Made by a program: the position numbers and the translations under genes. A model generated the notes under the pieces. The model saw only the letters and a program-made list of their open reading frames with translations. It made no database searches and was not told where the DNA came from. Positions 38,301-50,300 of a DNA stretch of 64,000 bases are shown here, one piece after another (the first letter of the stretch is position 1; every line of letters starts with the position of its first letter). The DNA is from Mobula birostris (taxonomy: Eukaryota). The stretch lies in contig NC_092387.1 of the NCBI RefSeq assembly GCF_030028105.1, positions 20,221,590 through 20,285,589 of the forward strand, in the 5' to 3' direction.

Positions 38301-41300
38301 CTGAGCTTCGGACCGTCTGATGAAGATTTGACAGGGTGGATGGTCAGTGGCTGACTATGCGATCGAGTTTCAGACCTTGGCCTAAGAGAGTGGTTGGAAC
38401 AGGGAGGCCTTGGCCTTGGCTATACTGCCACAGACTCCAAGGTGAACTGAAGGATGCCCTGCCTTGGGAGAATCAGCACAGAGCTTAGAGATTCTGGTTG
38501 ACAAGTCCATTTGTCTTGATAAATGCCTGATAGAGTGATTGAGGGACTACTTCAGAAGGTCAAAGAGTGCTAGTCCCAACATATGGCAGTTCTGCTCCAC
38601 AACCTTGGACCATGACTAGTCTGTCTCCTGCTCAAGATCCTGTTGAATCCATGCAGATCAGTTGCACTAGACTCTCTGTCGATGAGAGGTCCTGGTGTCA
38701 GAGTCAAGGGAGCTGTTTCTACTGCGGGGAAGCAGGTCACCTGCGGGCCGAGTGTTTCAGGCTGCACCTATCGGGAAAGTGCTGAGACTGTCCAGTGTCG
38801 GGAGGACTGTGTCAGTAGCAGACACTACTCCCGATCCCATGGATTCTGGTTTCGCGCTGAAGGCAGAACTCACTTGGGGTAAGAACCTGAGGCAGATGGC
38901 TTTTGTGGACTCTGGGGCAGGGGGTAATTTTCTGAACCGCCCGTCAGCTCGACATACCGCTGTGAGAGTTGAGCTGGTCTATGTCTGCAGTTGTCTTGGA
39001 TGGCTGCCCGCTAGGTTCCGGGCAGATGAGGAGAGGGGATCATGTGGAAGACATTAGTTTTTACATCACTGACTCTCCACTCATACCCCTGTTTGTCAGG
39101 TACCCTTAACTGTCCCAGCATAACTCATCCATGGTCAGAAGGGAGGGGAGAATAATTCCTTGGTCCAGTCATTGTAAGAGGGTTTGTTTGCAGCCTGGTG
39201 TTCTGACCCCTAGACTCTCCCGAGACCAACGACCAACAAGGGGACACCCTTCAGTGTGAGGTAACCTGAGGCCTTCGGGAGACCTAGTCCTGCCCTCAAG
39301 GATAGACAAGATGGTCCCGGCCAACAGGACTGTGTGTGCTACGACCCTGTCTAGCTGGGACTGTGCATGAACTCGAGAGAAAGAATCTCTAGTTCAGGAG
39401 AAGACCAAGGAGATGCCCAAGCAGTCTGGAAAACCTGAGCTGAAGACTAAGAAATCCAGCCGACAGCTCTCAGGTCCAGAGAGAAACACAATGGAGGTGT
39501 ATACAAAGGAGGCTGTTGCCATGGGCTTCATTCAGCCCTCCACTTCACCTGCAGGTTCTTCTCCATACGAAGGAAGGATGGTCATGCATTGATCATAGGT
39601 GTTTAAACCTCATAATGGCCAATAATTGCTAGCCCCACTCAAGAATGCGGCTTTCAAGGGTGAAGGCAAGGGCAAGAGTATTCACGAAGCAAGACCTGTG
39701 GAGTGCATAGAACGTGATCTGTATTAAGGAGAACGATGAGCAGAAAACTGAATTCAATACACTGACAGGTCACTACGAGTACCTGGTTATGCCCTTTGGT
39801 CTTCTGAATGCTCCAGCTGTTTTTCAGGCCTTCAAAAATGATGTGCTCCTGATGCTCTCCATAAGTACACTTTTGTCAACGTGGATGATCTCCTAATCTT
39901 CGCAAAGTCCGAGGAGGAGCACGTTGCTGACATCAGGGACATCTTAAAGAGGCTTCGAAAACATGGACTTTGAGAAGTCTGAGTTTCACATGGCCGCCTT
40001 TTCATTTTTGTTTTTTTTTTCATCTCTAATGGCAACCTAAAGATGGACCCTATTAAGACCCAGGCAGTCAGAGACTGGCCACAACCATCTTGTGTGAAAC
40101 AAACCCAATGATTCCTGGGGATTTGCAAACTTTTACCAGAAGTTCATCAGGAACTTCAGCTCAGAGGCAGCCCCACTGAGAGCACTAACAAAGAGATCCA
40201 TGGTCCCCCTTGTCTGGACTATCGAAGTGAAGGCTGCTTTTGTAGAGTTAAACAGCCGTTCACATCAGCTCCCATCTTGGTTTCTCCTAACCCGGACCTT
40301 CGCTTTGTCGTGGAGGTGGACGCTTCAGACTTTGGAACGGATGCAGTGATGTCTCAACAGACACCATCGGACAATAAACTGCACCCATGTACATTCTTCT
40401 CCAGGCGACTATCCCCGGCAGAGCGAAACTATGACATCAGGAATTGGGAGCATCTTGCAGTTAAGTTAGCTTTGGAGGAATGACGTCACTGGCTGGAGGG
40501 GGCCAAGAACCCTTTAATCGTCTGGAAGACCACAAGAACCTAGCTTATATTCAGGAGGCCAAGAGACTGGATTCCAGGCAGGCCAGGTGGTCTTTGTTCT
40601 TTAACCGCTTTAAATTCATCCTGACTTATTGACCGGGGACAAAGAACCAGAAATGAGATGGCTTGTCCTGTCAGTTTGATGAACCCACAGGAGAGGAGCA
40701 GCCTACCACCATTGAGCTCCAAGCCAAGGAGGTAGTGCTAATTCACTGGGGAATTGACGCTCTTGTTTGCAAGGCCCAAGCACAAGGGGAGATTCCAAAG
40801 AACAGTCCTCTGGGTCGGCTGTTCATTTCAAGTTCCATCTCATCTCAGGTCCTCCAATGGGGACATCGATAGAGAATAACCACTCTCCCAGGGATTGCCA
40901 GGACCTTTGAGTTTATCAAGGCATCATATTAGTGGTCTGAATTGATGAAAAATATCCGGCAGTACATGCAGGCATACAAGGTGTACGCTCGGAACAAGGA
41001 GACCTGTACCTGACCTCAGGGGTTCCTCCACACCCTAGCTGTTCTAGAAAGAGCATGGACTTTGTCATGGATTATCCACCATCCAAGCGAAGACTGTCAT
41101 CATAGTCATCTGTTCCAGCTTCCAGAGTTTAGACACTGTCTCACCATATATGGATAGCTGGCACAGTCCCATGAGGGTTCAAGATCGTCTCGTTAATTGC
41201 CAGTCATGTTTTGGGTGCCAAGAATTGAGTATTTAAAGAGCACCCGAATGGAGCCTCAGAACTCAATTGTAAGCCCTACTAGTGATATCGTCTAGCATTT

Positions 41301-44300
41301 GGTTTGTGCTCAGTTCTTGATCCAGTTTGATACCATGTCTCGTCCCTTGCTTTGCAAACTCCAGCATTTGAGTCCAAACCATCTTTGTCAAGTGCATGGT
41401 CATGCACTTTGGTAGTAGAAATAAATGTCCGGACTATTTTCTAAAAGGGGAGAAAATCGAGGAGTCTGAGATGCAGAGGGACTTGGGAGTCCTTGTGCAG
41501 AACACCCTGAAGGTTACCTTGCAGGTTGAGTTGGTGGTGAGGAAGGCAAATACCATGTTAGCATTCATTTCAAGAGGTCTAGAATACAAGAGCAAGGATG
41601 TGATGCTGAGGCTTTATAAGGCACTGGTGAGGCCTCACCTTGAGTATTGTGAACAGTTTTGGGCCCCTCATCCTAGAAAAGATGTGATGTGCTGGCATTG
41701 GAGAGGATCCAGAGGAGGTTCACAAGGATGATTCCAGGAATGAAAGGGTTATCATACGAGGTACGTTTGATGACTCTGGGTCTGTACTCACTGGAATTCA
41801 GAAGGATAAGGGGGGATCTCATTGAAATCTTTTGAATGTTGAAAAGCCTAGACAGGATGAAAGGGCGCCCTTTCAAAACAGAGATGCAGAGAAATTTCTT
41901 TAGCCAAAGGATGGTGAACTTGTGAAATTTGTTGCCACGAGCAGCTGTGGAGGCCAAGTCATTGGGTGTATTTATGGCAGAGGCTGATAGGTTCTTGATT
42001 GGACGTGACATCAAAGATTACGGGGAGAAAGCTGGGAACTGGGGTTGAGGAGGAGACAGAAAAAAGAATCAGCCATGATTGAATGGCGGAGCAGACTTGA
42101 TGGGCCAGATGGCCTAATTCTGCTCCTATATCTTATGGTCTTATGGGCAGGGACTCTCGTCACACCTTGAGTCTGGTTTGGGGTGTAAAATGTTTCAACT
42201 AGTACTTGTATGGGAGAAAGTTTACCCTCATTAATGACATCAAACACTGGTGTCGGTTTTCAATCGACAGAAGGGTGTTCCACTAAAAGCAGCAGCACGA
42301 ATGCAGAAATGGGCTCAGCTTCTTGGGGGACACAATTACAAGATTTAATTCAAGAGGACAATTAATCATGAAAATGCTGATGGATTGTTCTATTTACCTT
42401 TGGAAAAGGAAACAAGTACCTGAGACATTTACAAAAGAGGACACTCCTTTTGACATATTCTTCATAATGCAAATCGACATTCTCCCTATTATGGCAACGA
42501 TGATCCACAGGGAAACCAGAAAACGCCCCACACCATCTCAGGTCCACTTGACTACCCAAAATGGCTGGAATTTGCATTAGAATTTCCAGTTCCCACATTC
42601 TACCAGCACCAGGGGGGTCTTGCCCTTGACAGAGGTTGCCTTATGTGGGGATTAACAGTTGTTGCACCATCCAAGCTGAGAACTAAAATGTTGGAGGAGC
42701 TGGTCATCTAGGTGTGGTCAAAATGAAAGCCAGGCTTGAAGCTTTGTCTGGTGGCCCGGGAAAGATCAGCAGGTGGAGCAGCTTGCCGTGCACTGTTCAC
42801 ATCCGTAAGGAAGGTGTCCAGAGCTGTCCGAACCACTTCCTGTTGTTCCAGAGCCAACTCCTACAACCACCACGGAGGAGGCCCCAGAACCTGAGATTGT
42901 TTCACAGCCACCATTCTCACCTGCCAAGCAGAGTGACCCACCGCCCCACCACCACTGTCAGGAAAGATGCCCTTCCACAAGCAAGATGACTAGAGAGCAA
43001 TACGTTACATATTTGAATTAAAATGCATTCTCTATTGAGTTGGAGTTTATAGCTAAGCAGAGATAAGTGTAGTGTATTTAATAGTTCAGTAATACTTGAG
43101 TAATATTGTAAATATATTGTTTGATTAAGCATTTGTTGTTGTTTACATAATTCATTATGAGTTATACTGTATATAAAAGTATGAGAATGGCGAATGTCAT
43201 TATGCCACTATGTAATATATGCCAATAAAAGTAAAGAACGGATCTCGAGCATACATTTATCTTGGTCTCATGTTGTTCTTTTGATTAATTTCTGGATTGA
43301 CAAAACTTAACAGAAGTTATCTTTAATTATCTACCTACCTGCCCCACAAAGATGTTGCCAGCAACACTCAGGGTCTCTGTTGCGGATGTACCCATTGAAA
43401 CCTGCATCAACCATGCGATCTGAAAACAACACCAGATTTCACACTGACCACATGCAGCAAAACAGCTGAGTGCGACGGTGATACATCCATGTTTAACATA
43501 TTGGAAACTCAAAGCAAGGGGAGGTGTGCGATGGTGGTGGGATGGTATGGAGGCACAGAGAGGGAAGCACAAGGAGAGGCAAGTAACTTTCAAGCTTTAC
43601 ATTTGCTCTGCCTCCGAAGAGTATCCTATTGAAGTTAACGGAATGATTTGGGGAAGCAGAATGTAATGCACTGATGTTACAGCATCATAAGTTCAGCAGT
43701 ACCTACCAGGGATATATGTTTACTACCTTAAGAATTAGCCACTGCATAGCGCCAACGTAGTACAGAACGGACATCACAGAACTGAAGAAAACAATGATCG
43801 GCAATGCCTGTGGACAGAGAGACAAAACATTGAATAAAATCCTGAAGGAGTGAATGCAATGATTCAAGGATGCAACTGGCCAAGGCTGACCCTCCAGGAC
43901 TGGGGGAATTCTGCCAACAATATTTTAAAAACCAAAGCCTTGCAACTGTCCAGCATTCAAGGAGATGTTACAGGTCTCACAGCGTGTCAGTAAAAGGGTA
44001 TCTCTGAGTGACCTGGCCAATGTTTGTCGCCAAGTAACACCAAAACAGGTTCAAAAATAACATGCTGGGAAATGGACAGTTGAATTTTGGGGTTGAGACT
44101 CTCTATTTGGAATGAAAAGTAGTGGAGAGGTGGCCAGAAAAAAGCAGTGAGGGGAAAGGGTTTTGAAAAATCTGGCCAGCAACGGGTGGATCCAGGTGAG
44201 GAGGTGCGATAGGAGAATGGAGGAGGGAGGAGTCATGATCGTGACAGAGACTGTGAGGTTTGAGGTGGAGGCGATGAAGGCTGGTGGAATCTGACTATGG

Positions 44301-47300
44301 AGGAACGTGGAGTCTGGGACCAAATAAAGGAGGAGGAGCTGGATTTTGGCTCCAGATTCCAGCATCTGCAGTCTCTTCTGTTCCCAAAACAGAGTAACCC
44401 ATCCCCTCATTTATGAAGCCCTGTGATCGATTCTCCATAATCAAATTCCTATCTTCATCACAGAACTGAAGAGGCTTTAATCGAAATTTCGACTGACCAC
44501 CTCCTGTGATGGTGAGTGACCTTGGTTAATGACTTGTTCTGATCTTTCTCAACTTGTTGCCTTGCTTTGAGATAGGTTCAGTCTGAGGTAACACTGCTCC
44601 TAGATGATATTGCACTTGTCAATTAAGTTGTAATTGAACAATCCCCTGCAATGACTTCTCTTCCTGATTTCCCTCTTTGGTTCTCCCTTCCTCCACCTCC
44701 CCCCCACATCACTCAATTTCTCAGCCACGCCGTGCAGAGATATGTTGTAAGATTCTGCTGATTTGATGATGACACGTAGTTCAGCCTCTTCACAGCCTCC
44801 CTCAGCTCCTGCCCACTGCAGTTTGTCAGTGCTTGCTCCACATTCGGTCCTCAATGTGTGGAGCATAGGAGAATAAAAGGGGATCTCATTGAAACCTACC
44901 AAATGTTGAAAAGCCTAGATAGGGTGGATATGGAGAGGATGTTTCCAATACTGGGGGGGTCTCGGACCAGGGGCATAGCCTCAGAATACAAGGATGTCCC
45001 TTTAGAGCAGAGATGAGGAAGAATTTTTTTACCCAACAGGTGGTGAATCTGCGGAATTCATTGCCACAGATGGTTGTGGAGGTCAGGTCTTTGGGTATAT
45101 TGAAAGCTGGGGTTGATTGGTTCTTGATTAGTAAGGGTGTAAAAGGTTATGGTTAGAAGGCAGGTGAATGGGTTTGAGAGGGATAATAAATCAGCCATGA
45201 TTGAATGGCAGAGCAGGCTCAATGGGCCAAATGGCCTAATTCTGCTTCTATGTTTTATGGTCTTATGGAAATTTCATCTGATCTTTACATCCTGAATTGC
45301 TCCAGGCAGGCAAAATTACAACATTTAAAAGGCATTAGGACAGGGTCGTGGATAGGAAAGATTTAGGGCAGGGGTTCCCAAACTTTTTTATGCCATGGAC
45401 CCCTACCATTGACCGAGAATGGAAACGGCCAAATGAGGGCATATGGGACTATTTTAATTAGGCAACTCAGACAAAGGGCCTGTTTGTGCACTGTGTAACT
45501 CTATGTCTCCATGACTCTTAAGACTTTATTTCCAAGTCACCTGGAACAAATGGGGACTCAAGAAAGTGCAGATGCTGAAACAACCTGGAGCAACAAACAA
45601 AGCACTGGAGGAACTCATGGGTCAGGCAGCATCTGTGGAGGGAATTGGACAGTTGACATTTCAAGTTCAAATCATTCATCTGTACTGAAAGGTAGAGGAG
45701 AGAGAGCTGGTATCAAGTGGTGAGGGGAAAATGGTGGAACAAGAGTTCCCTTCACCAGGATGTGCCTATCATTTTGCTAGTTCTTGCTCCACCTGTTTAT
45801 ACCTCTCTCTGATCTGTCTTTCAGTCCAGATAAAGGGTCTTGACACGAAACGTAGACTGTCCTTTCCTGCCTTAGCCATTGAGTTCCTCCAGCTTTTTGT
45901 CTGTTTCACCTAGAACAAACCTGATTCCCTGACCCAAGCACATTAACCCGATCATGTGAATACCCAGTATTTAAACTGATGAGTAAAGTTTTTGGCCTGA
46001 AATATTGGTCTGAAACTATCAGAACTTCCATAGTGTTTACAGCCTTTACTTATATACGCATTCTTTCAAAACTGCAATCACATGGAACTGCAATCCGTGT
46101 CCAGTTACAATTTGCTCAAATCTGTATCAATTTCTTCCCTCAGATTCCCTCCTTGAGTAGGTAACTCTGCGTTAAATATTTTCTTGGGTTAACCTGCAGT
46201 TGTGTCCTTCATTACAATTTAGGGACCAACTTGTTGTCTATAATGTTGTAAAACTTGGACCAGAGGCAATAGTTCATTCACCAGAATAAGAGGAAGTAGA
46301 AAACTGACCTGAAAGGCAAAAAGGCCATTGATCAACTCATTTCCAAACAGGAAGCTGGACCCTGCAGTTGTATAATTCAGAAAGGTCTGCAAGGAAAACG
46401 AAGCAAGTTATTGTTACAGCTGTAAGGCTTTCAGTGTTGATGTTGCTTCAGAACTCTTCTCAAAATAACAATAGATAAGGTGGAACAGTTCTGTTCAGGA
46501 GAGAAACCTTCCTTTGTTTGTTCGTCAGAGCTAACATCACCAGCTGACTACCTGCTGAGAAGGTCACGGCCATCCCGCCTCTGTGCCCACCACTTTCCTT
46601 GTGGTGGAAAGTAATCTCGCACTGTATTGGATAAGGATTCTTGGGGCTTAGACCCAGTGAATGGAATGAATGGCGATAGACTACATTTCAGAGTCAACAA
46701 GGTGTGAGGTTTGGAGTGGCAGTATTTCCATTGATAAATTGGTCTTGCTTTTCTAATTAACTGAGGCCGCAGGTTTACTAAACACTGATAAAGATGCTTT
46801 GGTGGGTTCATTGCTGATATTTAGTGATGAACACATTCAATATATTGTGAGTGGGAGGAGAGAATGTTCATACAAGCATGAACAAGCTGAAAACAATGCA
46901 GAACCTGGCTTTTGCACTTATCTTTCCTCAGCCCAATATTTGTATCTTATATTGTCTTACTCCAGAGGTGGGTTAGAGATACGTCTCTGCCAAAGGAGGT
47001 GTAAGGCTCTCCTTCCCTCTGCTAGCCTGCAGGTCACCCTTGGGCATCTGTTTAGTGCCTCCCCCGAACGGGGTCACGTGAAACCAAGGGAGAAGTTGGT
47101 GGATGGTCATATGAGCGGCTGGTGCATATCGCTAGTCCTAGTTATGCAACCACTGACGCCAGGCAGACAATCTCTGAAGAGTACTGATAATGGCTGGGTC
47201 GCCTGTCTTGTAAGACACTGCATAGAAGAAGGCAATGGCAAACCACTTTTGTAGAAAAATTTGGCAAGAACAATTATGGTCATGGAAAGACCATGATCGC

Positions 47301-50300
47301 CCACGTCATATGACACAGCACATAATGATGATGATTGTCTGACTAATTTTTTCTCCTCTTACCATTTCAATTAATCTATCACAAAGTATGAGCCCAGAAA
47401 TTTGATCACACATTAATCTTGTACCTCCTTCATTTAGCAGACAACAGTGTACAATGGAAGTGTTAAATTATGGGACCAGGAAGTGGGTTGTCCAGTAATA
47501 CTGTGACTCCTGTTTTTAGGAGATAACACTGAGCAATGAAAATGCTAAAATGATATGGAACTATTAAAGTACCAACAATAACATCGCATTGCTAGTGGAT
47601 GACACCCACACCTGAGTGAGATTCCTTCCCTCTGATCTCACCTGAACCTGGGTTCCAAGCCAATCAAACGCCTGTAAGCCAGGTTCCGTCCTGATGATAA
47701 AGATGCCAAGGACAAACTGTAAGCCCAGTCCCACAAACAGTGCTCGGCAGGATACCTGGGAGGTGGGAAGTGGCAGTTAGTACACACTTAGGCAATGTCA
47801 CTGAATGGAATTACGGCAAAATTCTCATTGAGACATACACACAAACTTAGTTGGCTGAACTATTTCAAACATTAGAGGATGGAGTGGTGTGCTGACAATG
47901 TTCGTTGTTTTGCAGGAAATTTTATTAATGATCTTATTGGTGAACAGATTGACACAGCCCATTATGTCTCTATTAACTCACAACTGCTCACAGCCTTGCA
48001 TTATTTTCTTTTTTGAGCATTACCAAGCTCTCTATTAACCCTGAATGATAACCAGTTTTTTCAAAAAAAAACATATGTCCCTATCTCAATTTCAAAATGT
48101 CTTTTGAGAACTAAGCCAGGTTAAACCTACTGCCAATAGATCTAGTTTCTTCTTGAATGATCACTGCCTCTCACAATTCCCAATTCATTGATTCTTCCCT
48201 TAACCACTCTGGTTGAAAGGGAACAGCTATAATTTGTCCAGTCTGTCCACATGCTGAAACTTCATCAAACAAATCTCCCCACCACCCTCTGGGATTTGTC
48301 TATGAGAGTGATGCTCAGAACTGGCTGATGACTATGAAATCATTTAATAGAAGTGTCGCATTTCCTTACGCTGATGTACCTATACAAACCTATGGATGCT
48401 TGAGTGTTTTAGGATCTTATCCTGACATCATTCATCAACGTACTTGTCTGATTTCCCGTTTTCCCAGCAATAATGGATGACTGACATTTAGAATTTGGAG
48501 GGAAAAAATGTGTCTGTTCATTGGCTGCTTTTGGCCCACTTGAACTAATCTTCAGGTGGTCCTAAAAATAGGGAGACAAGATCTAAGCCCGATCCTGGTA
48601 GGAAAGTAAGTCTCCTTCAGTACTGGGATCTAGCATTGTCTGGTGGAACCAGCTTCCAATCTTCATTACCCCAGAAGTGTTTCAGATGTGCACATAATCC
48701 TCCCTCTATGATGAGCCATGAAGCAGCACAACCGACAGTTATTTAGGGGTTAAATCAAAGCAGTTGTGAGCACGTCGTTTGGATGGTTAATATCCAGCTC
48801 TGGGCACTCATCACCTTCACTGCCATTGACGTGAACAGTTCAAGAAATGTTAAACATTTACCTTCTTCAACAAGCCAAGTGCTATATCTGTTCAACGCTG
48901 GAATGCTATGACTCTGATGAATGGTCACCAACCTGAAATGTAAACTCAGTTTTTCTTCCACAGATGCTGCCTGGCCTGCTGAGTACCTCTAGTATTTTCT
49001 TCTTTTCCCATCTCAAGAAGAAAGATGTGACGGCCATGATGTGGTTCCAGAGGAGATCAAAAAGATTGTCCTCGGGAATGAAAGGCTTACCTATGATGAA
49101 CATTTAATGTCTCAGGGAGTTTGGAAGGACACGGGTGGATCTTATTGGAACTGTCGGATACTGAGAAGCCTGGATAGAGGTGGAGGGTTGATGGGAGATG
49201 GTAGGAGATTCTAGGCCCCAAGGGTACAACCTCAGAATAAAAGGATGTCCTTTTAGAATGGAGACGAGGAGGATATTTTCCAGCCAGGGGGTGGTTAATC
49301 TGTGGAATTCATCAACATAGGGGGCTTGTGGAGGCCAAGCTTTTTGGTGAGTTTGAGGCAGAAATTAATAGGTTTCTGATTGGCAAGGGATTAAAAGTTA
49401 TGGGGAGAAGGCGGGAGAGTGGGGTTGAGAAAAAAATCAGCCATGATTGAATGGTGGAGCAGACCCAGTGGGCTAGGTAGCCCAATTCTGCTCCTATATC
49501 ATACATTTAGGAAGAATGTAATGTGTTGTCGTTTGAGAAGACAAATCAGGGTAACACATTCACAGTCAAAGAGAGAGCCCTGGGAGTGGATTTAAGTCCA
49601 TGGGTGTATTTAAGGCAGTGATTGATAGGTTCTTGATTGATAAGGGAGTTAACAGTTATGGGGAGAAATGGTACTGGAGAAAGTAACGATATTGAATGAT
49701 GAAGCTGACTCGATGGGCTGAATAGCCTGGTTCTGATTCTATACCTTATGGTCTGATAGTCTTTTATTTTAGATTTCCAGCATCTTCAGGATTTTGATTT
49801 TCACTTATGGGGAAGATTGTCTGGGTGCGTTTGTTGCAGATACATGAACCGGGTTAGAAGATGGAAGAGAGTGAACTCACCGCCAGAGGCTTTGTAGAGA
49901 AGATAAAGAGCAGGAAGATGAGTATACACAATCCTCCGAAGGAAATTAACTGCTCGGGTCTTTTTGAAGTATCAACGCCAATCCAAATAATTAATCCCGC
50001 CACAGCCAAAAAAGCAACAGTCCTGGCAGGAAGAAACCCCAAACCATTAGACCTTTCATCTGGTATTACTTTGACAGTTAATAAGGTTGAAGTGGGATGT
50101 GAGGAGTTCACTAAATGGCTTTACAAGGTGCTTGTATTTCGCTTACGCGCCGATGGTCGTGGGTTCGACACCTCACTCTAGTCTAGGCTAATGTACTGTG
50201 GGAGTTCTGCACTGTTGGAAGAGCAGTGTTTGGATGAGCAAATAGATCAGTTCTCTCAAGAGGTTGTAATAGATCGGTAGAGGATCAAGGGGTTCTCTCT

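Larger units (their letters stand above)
34516..43312 (+). mobile_element. Degenerate Gypsy LTR retrotransposon (host of nested insertions), probable 3' LTR 43068-43312
   Basis: gag ([13 protein letters not shown]), protease MDTG, RT ([21 protein letters not shown]), RNase H (LACDTS..QIDRE|ALSLVWGVK); purine tract then TG...CA LTR with AATAAA. Confidence 0.85.

Noticed and set aside
37865-39057. Domesticated PEG10/RTL-like gene
   Set aside because: In-frame stops and frameshifts in gag and pol, and LTRs still present; a decayed retrotransposon
47688-47715. gtcCTGATGA on the + strand
   Set aside because: Antisense of the coding IIRT codons; no stem II or GAAA
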